A DNA stretch of 63,949 nt, counting the filler, from Choristocarpus tenellus KU-1152 (taxonomy: Eukaryota > Protista > Phaeophyceae): the NCBI GenBank assembly GCA_964200185.2. It is 12 parts of 12 records of this genome, joined end to end, with 100 filler letters (N's around TTAATTAATTAA, not from the genome) between each part and the next. Parts side by side here need not be neighbours in the genome. Positions count along the whole stretch, not along the records: positions 46,575 to 55,039 come from CAXNAD020004678.1; positions 55,140 to 58,453 come from CAXNAD020020871.1; positions 58,554 to 61,348 come from CAXNAD020024685.1; positions 61,449 to 63,949 come from CAXNAD020027294.1; 8 more parts are not named here. The stretch is one strand, 5' to 3'. The notes under the pieces were generated by a model that did no database searches, had not been told where the DNA came from, and saw only the letters and a list, made by a program, of their open reading frames with translations. Positions 51,139 to 63,949 of this stretch are shown here, one piece after another. The translations under genes and the position numbers were made by a program. Numbering within the stretch: position 1 is the first letter of the stretch; every line of letters starts with the position of its first letter.

Positions 51139-52460
51139 GTGCTTCAAGCCGTTAAAGTAGGGGTCTATTGGGGTGATTTTGAGACCAGAACTGGGCACGT
51201 CGAGGGTCAGAACGTTGGCATGGCAACCTCCCAGTCGACCCCCCTGCATAGGAAGGGTGCCCAAGTGTCCCTGAATACCAGGTTGGTTGCGCTTGCAGTG
51301 CAGCACACCCTCACAATTATCCCTGGTGAGCATAAACTGCCACAACACGTTGGGCCAGCCCTTGCAGTGGAGTTTGGGGTGTCCGAGCGTTACGTGCGAG
51401 GGCTCTGGGAGGATGTCACCGTTCAGCTCGTCTGTGACACATGCTTGACCTAGGGGTGGCAACACTTAGTAGGCAGCCTTCAGAGCTCACACCGACCAAG
51501 ATGGCCACAATACATTGTATCAACTCCAATAATCGGTCATCCACATTGCGTCAGGTGACAATGAAGATGGCTGCCAAGGGGCTGAATTATAGCACAAGCA
51601 CCATAAACAGGTGGTTGGATTATATGGGGGACATGCCGAATCGCCGCTGGATCAAACCCAAGCTCAAATCATGGCAAAAGGTATGGAAAATGGACTTTGT
51701 TTGCGAGCAAGTGGACCGGAAACGTGGTGTGTACACCTCCATGGCGAACATGATCCGTGGATGAAACCTGGTTTTATGTGATGGCTGGTGAGGAAATGAT
51801 TAGGGTATTTCCGCGTGAGGTTGATAGCAACCTTCCAGGTTCCCCTACTGCACAGTACAAGAGTTATATCCCCAAAACCATGATCATTGCAGCCAACACC
51901 CGCCCAGATTCGGCTCACAGATTTGATGGAAAGCTTGGTGTTTGGCGTGTGTGTGCGCTAAAAACGGCAGATAGGACAAGCAAGAACCATAAAAAGGGGG
52001 ATGTGTATGAGCAGGACTGTACTTTAGACCATTTGTGGTACAGAAAGTGGTACACGGAGGAGTTGCTTACTGCCTGCAATCAAGACCAAGATGCCATGGT
52101 TGCAGGGGAAGCACGTTGTTGTTCAGCAAGACGGTGCCACCCTTCACATGGGCAAGGGCAACTCAGAAATCTCTTCAGGGGCAGGGAAGACTGAGGGGTG
52201 GTCAATTAGGCTTGAGACGCAGCCATCTAACTCCCTCGACCCCAATATCATGGACCCGTGCTTCTTGAGGTCTTTGAAATGCCGGGTGATGGGGGAGTGG
52301 TTTGGGTACTTCGAGGAGATGGTGAAGGTCATTAAGAAACAGTGTGAGGAGTATGATGAAACCACACTTGAGACCTCTGGCTTGGCAGCTCCTTTTTGTG
52401 GTTTACAATAAAGTGCTTAGATACAAAGGGGGAATGACTCCAGTGTGGAGCACACAGGGT
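51139..52460 (+). mobile_element. Mariner-like (DD39D-type) transposase pseudogene
   Basis: VDETWFYV, PKTMIIAANTRP, FDGKLGVW, VVQQDGATLH and QPSNSLDPNIMD are spread over frameshifted ORFs 51441, 51757 and 52091. There are 40 residues between the second and third Asp. Confidence 0.85.
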
Positions 52461-52808
52461 TAAGGAAGGGGCAGTTGTCTGGTGAGCTTGAAAACATACC
52501 GAAGGTAGACATGGAGGCTTTTTATGAGGCTGATGAAATTGTGATGGATGGGGAGTAATAATAATAAAAAGTGCTGACCCTAACCAGAAATTCGTCAAGG
52601 ATTCGAAATCTTTCATAAATGAATTTCATCAGCATCTTCAAAGGTTATGGACAATGCAGCACAGACTTATGGCACGGAGGTAGTAGTATATTTCAGGCAC
52701 TGACAATGGATACAAACTTCGGTAGGTCGTGCCGCATGTCTCGCTGTGTAGATATAAATATGTCGAACTGCCTGTATTTTGAAAGAGGTGCCCTTCTCAG
52801 TTGCTCAC

Positions 52809-53020
52809 CTCGTAGCTAAGGTTCTGCTCGTAGTGAATGAGACCTCGCTGGAAGAAGCTAACCTCTCCGTAGTCGAGGTCGTTAACCACTGCTCCATTGC
52901 CTCCATTCTCCTGAACGAAGGCCACCCTGAGGTCATGACCCTCGATCACATAAAGAAGCTGGGTTGGTCGAGGGGGGGGCGGGTGGAGGGTAGGATCATG
53001 CTCAGGTCCAGTTGCGTAGG
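52809..53020 (-). pseudogene. Germin-like/cupin exon fragment
   Basis: H.PPPRPTQLLYVIEGHDLRVAFVQENG..AVVNDL..GEVSFFQRGLIHYEQNL matches germin boxes (HxHPRAxE; GxxxxFPxGLIHxQxN), ending at donor GAG|GTGAGC. The first box is corrupted by a C-run and E>Q, and flanking exons were not found. Confidence 0.72.
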
Positions 53021-53679
53021 CTGAATCAAGATGCGCCATGTGTGGAGGACAAGAATGACATATGATGACAAAGAACGAGTGAAAATCAGCAAAAAATCCG
53101 CCAGTCAGTGGCGGAGCTATGGGAGGGGGAGCAAACGTTTTCACGCACTACTTGTATACAACAAACAGTGTAGTATACTCGCATTGTTTCTATCAACAGT
53201 TGCGATCCTCCCACAGGACGAACGAGAGGTGTGGGTGGTCTGCATCGGGTTGCTTGGGAAGAGTAGGCCCTGTTGTTGGCATTCCGTCAAGCACAACACT
53301 ACGTAGGACAGGTCAATACGGAGAAGCCTTCCACGTGGTATTTCATACAATCTGATGACACACACACAAACTACTTGGTACGACGCATTTGAAACCTATG
53401 TCTACAACACGATTTCATCCCTCGACAAATTAGACTTAGTTTCTTCGCAAATGTACGCACCCGTCACCATTGCTAATATCGCCTCTAACAACATTCTCTT
53501 CATATTTATCTCTAGAGTGTGTGACAGACTGTCACAGCCATTATAATGGCAGTGTTTAAGGGTGCCTAGAAAATTACTTTCCGAGACTGATTGCTGCGGT
53601 ACTCACCAATCCCTTCTCCTAAATGGTGCTAATATATATTTTACTTTGAAGCACCTATAATTAAGTGTACTCCATATTA

Positions 53680-54640
53680 GTATTTAATGTTTTGTTTGCT
53701 CACAAATTCTGGAATATTATTATTTTTTATATTTGCATTCCTCCCTACTCCCTTTCATCCCCACATTCTATCAACCCTTGTTGTGATCAACCGGTACGAC
53801 CTCTTCGCCACTGATTTCCAGTCACCCCCCACATCTGATGACCAACCAGGGCGACCCCCCCTTCGTCCCTGATTTCCAGCCACTGTCCACATCTGATCAC
53901 CAACCAGTGCGACCTCTTCATCAGTTATTTCCAGCCACCATCCACCTCTGATGACCACCAGTCCGACCCCTTCTGCCACTGATTTCCAGTCACCCCCCAC
54001 ATCCGATGACCAGCCAATGCGACCCCTTCGCCACTGATTTCCAGTCACCTCCCCTATCTGATGACCAACCAGTGCGACCGCTTTCGCCACTGATTTTCGG
54101 TCACTATCACACCCTTTAACCCCACTCAACCCCCCACCAGTTACCACTCCACTCAACCCCACCCCACTTACCACTCCACCACACCATTGAACACCACTCA
54201 ACCCCACACCACTCAACACCACTCCACAATCATCCAAGAACACCCCTTCACCACCCCCTTCATACTGTGCCTTTGAGCTAGAAGACGTCTACTCCGCTCG
54301 AACTTGACCTCCCCTCCCACCTCAAGATCCAAGTTGGTAGTGAGCAAGCGACAGGGCGGGTGGGTGGGAAAGCTTGCTCGGGGGTCATCTTGATCTAGCC
54401 CTCCTCGTCCTTCCATCCCAGGCTCAGGTTTCCTCTTCGATTCAATACTGTCCATTCCTTCTCCATTCCTGCCTCCGCCTGCCAACCATCTTCTTAACTT
54501 CTCCCCTCCCTCTCTCAACCACTCAGTACTTAACTACTTGTCCCCTCCCTTCCCCTGTGCCCCCAACCAACCAGAATTCTTCCGCCCACAAAACTCAGAT
54601 TACTTCATAAACTTTCCCTTTTGATTTTGTCATATGATAC
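53680..54640 (-). mobile_element. Internally deleted derivative of the DIRS-like element at 45300-46220
   Basis: TTTTGTTT(T)GCTCAC.AATTCTGGA.TATTATTATTT...TTTGCA.TTC and CCAGTGC.ACCTCTTC.CCACTGATTTCC are shared with 45326-45455. Confidence 0.55.
53793..54110. repeat. ~55-bp minisatellite, ~5.6 copies
   Basis: Unit GCGACCyCTTCGCCACTGATTTCCAGTCACCCCCACATCTGATGACCAACCA starts at about 53793, 53849, 53907, 53961, 54017 and 54071. Confidence 0.9.
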
Positions 54641-57600
54641 CTCATTTGACTCAAAAGAAGGTTGAGTACGACGGCGAGACTACGTCACAATACAATTTTG
54701 CTATTGTTGTGCATTTTTTTCTGTTTGAATTTTGAATTCTAGTGCTCGAATTAGTGTTCGTATTAGTGTTTGTATTAGTGTTCGAGTTAGAATACTTGTT
54801 GTAAGCAGACGTACGCATTTAAACTTGACCACCTGCTTGCCCGATAAACCTTCTAGAAATACATATATTCATGACTGGGTGTTTACCAGCTGGAGTGAGG
54901 TCTTTTGGGTACTAACATACATATGATATTGGACCCTGTAATGTGTTTGTATTAGTGCTACTCATATAGTGCATATATTGTCGGGTCATAGGCTCAGGGT
55001 CAAAGTATCTGTGGGGGGGGGGGGGGGGTGGTGGGGGGGNNNNNNNNNNNNNNNNNNNNNNNNNNNNNNNNNNNNNNNNNNNNTTAATTAATTAANNNNN
55101 NNNNNNNNNNNNNNNNNNNNNNNNNNNNNNNNNNNNNNNGGGGGGGCTACATTGAAAGGGGGTCAAGATGAACTAGGTTACCAGAGAGATACGAGTGCTT
55201 GATGGATTGGAGGGGGGGGGGGGAGGGAGGAAGGCAAGCAGGGAGGTAGTAAATAGGCCAGCGGGGTTAGGGGGTGTGATGTGGGGGAGAAAAGAGATCT
55301 ATTTGTGGAGAGATGATGGAAAAGACAACATCAATTATTACGATTTGTGGAAAAGCAGAGCGAGGACTGCTGGGCTGGGGCCTGGATGTTCTGTCTGTGG
55401 TTCACTTTATTGTGTGGATATGTTGACACTCTTGCTGTGCCTGATATGCTAGTGGTCCCCCTCCCCTGATATGGGTGTTAGTGTGAAGGTTGAGGGGAGA
55501 ACTGTGAGGTGGGGAGGAGAGGTTGTGTCATTATAGGTGGTAATGTGACTGGGGCGTATAATTTGTGTGGAGGTTTTGTGTTCTTGTAGAAGGCGTGCAT
55601 GGGGGGTTTAAGGAGGACAATCAAACATGGACTATGGATAGACTCTGAAGTTGTGAGCCAACTGTGTTGTCTATTGGTATTGTTTGTTATGCGAGTGAGT
55701 GGTGTGGGTCATGTTTTGGTCAAAAGAAAATGCAATGAACAACTGGCTTTGTGTGTGTGTGTATGTATTCCTGCTCTCTGGAAATAATGATCAAATTCAC
55801 CTTTATCAATATTGTGTAACTTTGTTCCCATTGAGCCATGTGCCCTATTGTGGTGCTTGTTATGGTGGTCATTGTGTTGGAATATTCACTGGACTTTGAA
55901 GTACTAAATTTGATGAAGACAGGTATTATTGATAAAGATAGTGCTGATCATGAAATCGATCAATCAGACCTGCAGTAATAGCAATGATAATGCAATCATG
56001 TAGCTGTGGGGGCTGTGTGTAATGTATGCTGACCTTCGAAGTAGTCAGCAGGAAATTCCAAACTTATTACTATGTAGTAATAAAAATGGCATCACAGGCC
56101 AGAGCTCTGCCAGGGAGCATACAAACAAAGCACATTGTGAATTAACCCTAACCCTAACCCTAACCGGTAGAAAAAGCAAAATTAGTTATTTTGAGGTAGA
56201 ACAGGGTAAAATAGGAAGGGGGCATGTCTGACGATATTTATATAAAATCCACCGCTTTGTGTCAGGGGATCAGTTCTAATTTCCTAATATTGTTAAGGTA
56301 TTTGAGTTACCTACAGTAGGGCTCCTATTGTAGCATAGAGATGTCCTTACATGTCTTTTTAGTTTCAAGATGGGGTAAATTCCATGGATTTTATTTGAGT
56401 AGTAGAACAAAACACTCACCAATCACTCACTCCACTGTTGTCCTGGGGACTATTACAGTCTGTGGTCAGAGGCACTACACATTGCATGCACTACTACCGT
56501 TTCTCACACTTCCTCTACAAGCTGTTGCACTTTCACTAATTGCATTGCCTTCGTTCATGTGTTGAGTTCAATCATCCCTCTATTCATCAGCCTCTCCCCC
56601 ACCAAACTTCTTGTGCTTGACTTGCCTCAGTGCTACTTTGGAATAGAGACTTACAACTTCGTTTTGAGATTCCCGTGTTTTGTGGTAAAAAAAAGAATGA
56701 GCAGTGGAGGTGTACGATCTGTCTTTGTGGGTGGCATATGAACTTTGGATAATCAAAACCAGATTTCCCTGAAAGGCTATCTGCAGGATGAGTATTGCTT
56801 ACCACCTGATATATTCAACGAGAAATGCATTAAGTGCACCTAATTGGACAGGGTGTACAAGACATTTAAGTCTCACAGGAGGCCTGCACCTTCGGAATAC
56901 CTACCTCATTTGACTTGGCATAGATTGTCTGGTTCAGAGGACTGGACCCCATGAGTGAGCCTTAGCCAGCAGGCGACAATATCGCATAAACGGGAAATAA
57001 TGGAAAGAGAATGGAGAGACAACAACACCCATGTTCTCCAGGTGAAGATGGCCTCTTCTGGCGTCAAAGTCATCCTTACATGGCACCCCGCGCGAACCGC
57101 GCGCGCGGACTACTTGATTTAAGGATGGTCCTGTATTTCTCACGATTACTGAAAGTTGAACAACCGAGACCCATCAAATATAAGGTTAAGCATGCTGATG
57201 CGATCACAACAAACTAATTTTCATGAAAAAAATCATTGTTGATCAAAAGTTATTTACGACAAAGTTGATGCAGGAGGCGACTGCCAACACTGTAGCGTAT
57301 TAGAGTACGTAGTAAATTACCGTCCAAGGCAGATTGTTATGCCTCCTATAAAAAAGTGATCTTAACGGCGTTAAAAAGTGGTGATCCAGAAGTAGAAATG
57401 GCCGAGGGGAGGTTTGCCATGAATTTTAAATTCATCTTTAATGACACCCGACTAACTCACGACGTTCTTGATGCATGTCACATTTGAGGAGAGAAGGTAC
57501 CTACAAGAGAGCATGTACAACGAACAGACCCAACAACAACATGGTTGTTTTGATTAAAGGTCAAAGTACAAAAACAAAGACACGCATTCGTATTACACAA

Positions 57601-58731
57601 CATACTTTGTATAGTAGTTACGAAAGCGTCGATATTATATAACCGAAAAAGTGGAAAATAATGAGTGACACGTCTACCTACTGTACCCACTTTTTTTACT
57701 ACTAGCACTACAATAAATATATATGCCAGCTCTAAAGAAACATTTGTTGCTACACCCTTCTACTACTACTAATGTGAATCTCCACCATGCAGTCTTCAGA
57801 TATCATCATCAGCTGGTGCCTTCTTTGTACTACTCTTAGCATCCTCATATATATGCACCTACCTCGGTGAGCCAGATGCTTCTCAGGTAGACGAGAAGCT
57901 GCACAATGCCAGAGTCCAATCTATTTCTCTGCGCTATATACTGTACCAAGTCGTATCCACATAAGACAACATACACATATACTACATACGCTCCGAGTGT
58001 ACCTGTCTGTTGTGATGAAGTAGGAATGACCAAAATATCTGTATTGTGCTCTATGTTATGTACAACACTAGTTGTTGCGTCTACCACGTCCTCCTACTAG
58101 CAATTCCTTGACTGCTCATCACCATGCACGCCATAGATACTCCAGTACTTACTATTAATAGCATGTCACTCACTACCATTCTCCAGAGAGTCAGATTTCC
58201 TCCTCATAATCTATTGCATGCTATGTCCAGGAGATTGATCGCCATGGCCTGTGGACCCAAAGAAGTCTTCAAGTTATTAAGAGTAATTGAGAGGTAGGCA
58301 GGTTTTTGTTCTTGTATTCTAAGCCACAAGGGATCTTTTGACCCGCTTAGTTTTATTCTTAATACTTTCGTGGTGGAAAGGTTTGGGTACCTTCGGGCGC
58401 AAGCCGAGAACTTTTTGGTTGAGTTAGTCACCCACGCAGGAGGGGGGGGAGAGNNNNNNNNNNNNNNNNNNNNNNNNNNNNNNNNNNNNNNNNNNNNTTA
58501 ATTAATTAANNNNNNNNNNNNNNNNNNNNNNNNNNNNNNNNNNNNNNNNNNNNGATCTCTAATCGAACATGTTGTACCCTAACTTGACCCTAGATTATCG
58601 AAGCAGGTTCTACTAATAGTCAGGAGATTAGTCTCTATGGCCCACACGGTATCATACCACCCACCCCCCACAGAGTGAGGAACTTCTGCTCTCCCACTGC
58701 AACCCACATTGCAGTGGTTCAACAATCTAAC

Positions 58732-59527
58732 CGCAAGGGAAACTGAAGCAAAGTTTTGACTATCTCCAGCTGCACCTCACCCTCTGTCTGTGTGGGTGGT
58801 GCGGGGAAGACAAAAGCATTTGTCAGCAGTTTCACTTCAATGATGGTGTGATGGATAGGCGGATGATGGATGGGTGGATGGGCGGGTGCCTTTGTAATCA
58901 AGCGCAGTGGAGTGCTCTGTACTATTTGGAGATGGAGTTGAATATTTTACAATTGATACAATATAAATTTTCATCCTTTGCTTGTCACCATATGTCCTGG
59001 TACTGTGTAGTGCTAGTACATCAATAAAAAGTCCAAAAGCAGCAAACTACCAAGAGCATGAAGTGCGAGAGGATTAGATGGTCAACCTTCTTCTCTCTGC
59101 ACTGGAATATTGTAATCCATATCATATTCAATGACTCGCCTTCCAGCCAATTATATCCTTTTCGTTTGACTAGGTGACACAGTTGCCTGATGTCTTTGAC
59201 CTGTTCTACCGGTACCACCATAGCCTATTCCCCCATCCACCTTTCTTACCAATACACAAATCCTTGTATACATCCTCTTCCTGTGATAATGTCGTGACCT
59301 CCTTGGCAGGCTTAGATCTGTGTGTGTGAGAGAGAGTCAATGCATATATATATATATATGGATATGGATATTTAGGCATACGATTTCTCTTGGTCTTTTT
59401 GCTTGGGGTTCCCAGAACTCAAAATACTTGCTAAGCAAATCATTCATTGTGTGGAGTTTGCATAGTATATTACACATAGAGGCAAGAGTTGTATCTTCAC
59501 TTCCATGATTTATCACTCTCCTCTTTC
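58732..59527 (-). CDS. Putative spliced fragment of an unidentified gene (exons 59527-59382, 59224-59140, 58783-58732)
   Basis: Phase-compatible junctions give ...DTTLASMCNILCKLHTMNDLLSKYFEFWEPQAKRPREI-AMVVPVEQVKDIRQLCHLVKRKGYNWLE-EGEVQLEIVKTLLQFPLR. The second donor would be GC. No firm homology. Confidence 0.35.
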
Positions 59528-62499
59528 CTGCAAGCCCTGTGCAAACCACTCACCATACACTCAAATTGATTCGCTCCTTCTTACCACACCTATCTCTCCC
59601 CTCAGTACAAACCTAACTTTATGTAATTACATGACTGTACGCAAACAGAGGCTATCGACGGGGCTTCGAGTCTCAGTGGCAAATGTGCGCAGCCTTGCAT
59701 CATCCGCTAGTGCAATCAATCCTGAGGTGAGGTGCAGGGATGTATCCGCTGCGAGGCAGATTGGTGGTTGCGCAACAGAGAGATCCCCGCATTGATAGGC
59801 TCAGAGCCAAGTGATACCGGCTCAGAGCCAAGTGATACCGCCACAAACAACCATCTACCTGGTATGTACGGACATGTTATCTATCGTGTGACCATTTCAA
59901 ATATACTCCAAGGCAGCTTGAGATGACAGGCGTGACCACATGATGACTGGACCAATAGCTTCAAGAGATGCTGAACGTTCACCCCCTCCACTCCCTTCCC
60001 CCCCACCAACCACCTTGACTACATCTCAAACCTGCTTGAACATCGTGTTGGCCTGACCTTCTTTGAGCAGTTCAATGGGCGCTGCCAGCAGGACCCCAAT
60101 GAATACCTGCAGTTCATTGTCGACCAGGTCAACAGTGTTGGATCTGAGGTGACTGGGGGTAGAGGAGGGGGGATTGTGAACTGGGGCCCGGGTCGGGAAT
60201 GGAGGGTGCGCAAGGTCAAGGGTCAAGGCTCAGAGATGAAAGTAGTCTCTGCATTATCCCTGCCTTTGACGGTATATACAACACCAAGCCAATGCTGAGT
60301 TGAACAAATGCTTTCAAATGTCGCACAATTTAGTGGTGAAATGCACTCGTGTCATCTTGCACTGTTGCATGCCCACCTACAGTTTACAGATGTTGTCCGG
60401 GGGGAGAAAATGGAAGAACACAGCAAGTACAACATAATCTGTGCTACCCCCGCTCTAGAGCAGTATGTATATTTGAAGCTATTCCACCAATGTTGTGTTG
60501 TGTAGAAGGAAATGTGAAAACTGTTGCATTTTTGCCTCTAGTAGGAATCAGAGGATATTGCTGCCATTCCAGAACAGCGCCACCAGAAAGGTGATCTAGA
60601 AATGAGGGAAGAATAGAAGGAGTCTTTCTTAGACCTGTCCTCTCATAAGCCTGGTGTTTCAAACTGGTTTGGTCTGTGATATCTTGAGACGATGAGTGCA
60701 GTAATACGGGCATGCACTCACCTCGAACTTGGAAGCATGATACTCGACATGTGTCCCCCACAAATCTTGGAGCTCCACTTTGAGAGTCCACACTTTATTG
60801 GAATGCAAGACTGAAATCTTCCTCAGGGTCCCCAAGTTGTCAGTGTTGTGTGGGCCCAGATCCTCTCCATGAAGCGCCCAAATTGACAGCATTCAGGGTC
60901 TCCAATCATGCCTCAAGCACTGATAACTGGTAAGAATACAGCTTCTGTACCCCAATCTCTTGTCCCTGATCATTGTGATAACCGTAGAAGCCTTGCTATT
61001 GACGGGCTCAAAACTCTTAATCCTCTCTTAAAGCTGTGACGAGACCAAGCATTCCCATACCACTATACGAAATTCCTGCCTACTTTGCTATGCAAATTGT
61101 ACCTCCCCAAACACTCCAAAGCAAGAGCACAGTAGGGTGCGTGATGGTAATGTTGCATACCGGTCACTAAGCCACAGAGAGATAGTGTAGGGGTGCTGAT
61201 TTATTGTCAAAAAATGAAGCCAGAAGAAGGCATCCGTGAGGAGTTAGGTCATTTCCATATTTCCCTTAAGGGCCAGTTGTACCTTGTGTTCGCTTTGAAG
61301 TGTATGAGCCAAAGTATCTTAGAGGGTAGAGCTGCGTCCATTTGGGGGNNNNNNNNNNNNNNNNNNNNNNNNNNNNNNNNNNNNNNNNNNNNTTAATTAA
61401 TTAANNNNNNNNNNNNNNNNNNNNNNNNNNNNNNNNNNNNNNNNNNNNCTAAACAGGCCACCAGGATACACAACCTAACATTAGTAAATACCCCGCCGAA
61501 GCTGGTCACTGATTAGAGGGATAGCAACCCTCGGGCGAAACCTCATCAAGTCTAACAACTTGCGATCCCCGGAAGTAGCTTTATGCTGACTATCTACTCG
61601 GTAGCTCAGGGGTTTACTAATGTTTCAACAGTACCAGCAGCTTTGCCCTCTGTCGTAATCTTGCGTTCTTTGCACTGGAACGCCACAAGAATTACGCAAC
61701 AATATATATATATATATCAAATTCAAGCTTATGACAAGAGGTGTTGAAGATTTGAACCCATGAACTTCCAGACTTTGGGGAACGAGAGCTATGTCCTGAT
61801 CAAGTAATGGGAAAAACGCTGGGGAACAACTCCGGCGCAATTTTGAAGGTCACAACTTCAAAACACGAACAAAAACGAAGTGGTTTGCTGAACTCCCCGC
61901 AAAAACCCTGATGTGGGTAGGTCGTTGCCAAATTTTGACCCGTGTGGCGATACCAAATAAAAAGAAAGACTCTCGGACATCTTATTAACGTCTTTTGCAG
62001 ACTTTCACACACACGCGGCCCACACAGCAACATGGACCTCGACGGTGAGATAAGGAGAGCCACCAAGGCCACTCTTCCCCCTCGATCTACCCTCGACACC
62101 TTCCCTGTTGAGAGGCCACAGAAACGCGAGAACCGTGTGACACTCAGTGCGATGTTAGGTGACGACAAAGTGCAAGTAGTGTGGCGCAGCAGCATGATCA
62201 AATCGCGCAAGGAATCAAGCGGCCGCAAGACTGATGCTGAGAGAAGATGAATGAAAGCATTACCACAAAAACGTGGTTGGATCTTCAACCACATTGGAGC
62301 ACTGCTCTGCAGTCTCTGCCGCCTCAAGAAAACAGGAAAAGAGAGCGGCGAATCCATGGTACAGTGACGAAGTCTGTCGGGAAGCCTGGTCACGGCAGGT
62401 GAAGGGAGAACCAGAGTGGCCAGCAGAAGGGAGGGTTGGGGAGGAGAGCAGTGCGATTACGTGCCATTTCGCACAGGAAACGCCTAAGTGAAAACTCAG

Positions 62500-63300
62500 G
62501 TGTAGAATATTTTAGTAGTCAACAGTTCCAGCAGGCCCTGGCTTTTTGAAAGCTATGCCAACAAGAGTGGCTTAAGGAAACGAGAAAGAAGGTGTTAGGG
62601 TTAAGATACAAGGACTCTGAAGCCCGAGAGAAGGCCGAAAGGGCTCACAAGGTGGAGGAGAAAGTGATTGTAACAAAGGCAGCCCGTGGAGAAGTTTTCG
62701 ATACCACCAATTCCTATACTTAGAAGAGGCTGCGAAGCAGGTGGAGGTAGCCATCGACAAGGACGCCAGGGAAGAAGAGGAGGTGAGATTGAGACTATTT
62801 GCACATCTTTGGTTTAGTACCTCCCACTTCTTGCAAGATGCCGTATATTCACAGTTTTGTTCCTGGACTCGGGGTTGGACGTATAAAGTTGATTAAGGCT
62901 TTCTCCCAGCCTGCATTCATTCGAGAAAACACAGTTTTCGATCAACCCAAGCCTGTTCTCCCACGCCCTTGCACCTTGATATAATATCACCTGTCCAGAA
63001 AACACGGGCAACACCCATTTCCGGCGCTCAACAAGGAAATGTAATATAGTAAAGGCTCTAACACTGCGAATCATGTACCTGTGTATGAACGACGAGAAAG
63101 ACTGTCAAGCGGCGCTTGAGATGGCAGCAGGGTATGTGGTCAGGTCGGAAACTGTGAGTAAGTGGAAGAGAGACTTCCTAACTAAGGGCCGCACCAAGGT
63201 GTCGGAGCAAGGGCACTACGCGAGAGGCCTTTCGTTCTGGGCTTCGACGACGACATCCTTGCCGAGGTCAAAGAGCGGGTGCGCGAACACACAGGAAGAA
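62500..63300 (+). mobile_element. Decayed N-terminal part of a Tc1/IS630-like transposase
   Basis: TVSKWKRDFLTKGRTKVSEQGHYAR, followed after a frameshift by FVLGFDDDILAEVK, resembles the W...F...G....S.QG.H....L.D.DI pattern of eukaryotic Tc1-like elements. Confidence 0.4.
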
Positions 63301-63589
63301 AGTGTGGGGAGGCTTTTTTCCCACCTAAACCCTATATACTCGAATCAAGTAATAGTGTATCTGTTGTCACTCTTGGTGACCTACAATCCAGAGTTCGAAC
63401 CCCAATATGATCACTCTTTGTTCAGAAATAGAAAAAAAATGGCGAAAAAAGCGAAGCCCGTACTCTGGAAGGCATTGTGACGGGCATCACAAACATGCTT
63501 TATTTTTTTAATCCGATGTCTACATCAAACGTTATGATGGGACAACCCCAGAGGGCAAAGCTACTGGTACCACTATATTAGTGAAACCG

Positions 63590-63890
63590 AAAATATGAAA
63601 TCTTCCACGATTTTCATACTACAAGCTACTTTTACACGAGAAGAAAATAATCTTCTTAAAGGGTTGGTAGTTTATATTACTTGTTCTATATTTACCTTAC
63701 ATTAATCAAGAACACATACATGATATCATCCATGATTTTCATAGTAGAAGGTACTTGTACACGCGAAGAAAAGGATTTTGTTGAAGGGTAGGTAGTTTAT
63801 GTCACCTGTTGTATGTCTATTCCATACTACTAAAGAACACATACATGATCTCTTCCACCGCATATGCAATCAAAGTCACTTGCACAAACG
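63590..63890. repeat. ~125-bp diverged tandem repeat (~2.4 copies)
   Basis: TTTTCATA.TA.AAG.TACTT.TACACG.GAAGAAAA...AAGGGT.GGTAGTTTAT...AAGAACACATACATGAT.TC.TCCA occurs twice, plus a partial third copy. Confidence 0.85.
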
Positions 63891-63949
63891 AATGAAATGC
63901 GTCTTATAGGTGGGATCTTTCCAAAGACCCAAAGTATCTGGGAGGGGGG

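Noticed and set aside
53793-54110. CRISPR-like array
   Set aside because: Units are contiguous diverged tandem copies with no unique spacers, the context is eukaryotic, and no cas genes are present.
57845-58431. Copia RT relic (KRSLVA ~ KARLVA)
   Set aside because: Only one weak motif, too decayed to support as a feature.
59950-61200. Non-LTR reverse transcriptase relic
   Set aside because: Coding-like composition, but no RT motif could be read convincingly.

Overview
Eukaryotic, intron-rich, transposon-dense DNA. It is most consistent with a brown alga or other stramenopile; this is an inference from gene content, intron style and intronic CCCTAA repeats. The window is not one locus. It is 12 short contigs joined by eleven artificial 100-bp linkers (N44-TTAATTAATTAA-N44), so adjacency across linkers means nothing. 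Host genes rebuilt by hand-splicing: the 3' end of an unknown membrane protein (+), the 3' three exons of TTC1 (-), a complete two-exon Zn2Cys6 transcription factor (-), a partial pre-SET/SET H3K9-type methyltransferase with a SETDB1-like split SET domain, an AT-hook/RG insert and a GC-AG intron (-), and a germin/cupin fragment. Most of the rest is decayed mobile DNA: two related Sola2-type transposase relics, two abundant MITE families sharing one terminal core (4-bp TSDs in several copies), and Copia, Gypsy, DIRS-like, RLE-type non-LTR, mariner and Tc1-like relics. The best candidates for something undescribed are (i) an intron-containing ParB/Srx-fold pseudogene beside a 3 x ~268-bp repeat array and a divergent Cys-bearing ORF, (ii) the Sola2/MITE pair whose terminal pentamers are reverse complements of each other, and (iii) telomere-type repeats placed at intron branch/acceptor positions. 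No rRNA, tRNA or CRISPR features were seen.
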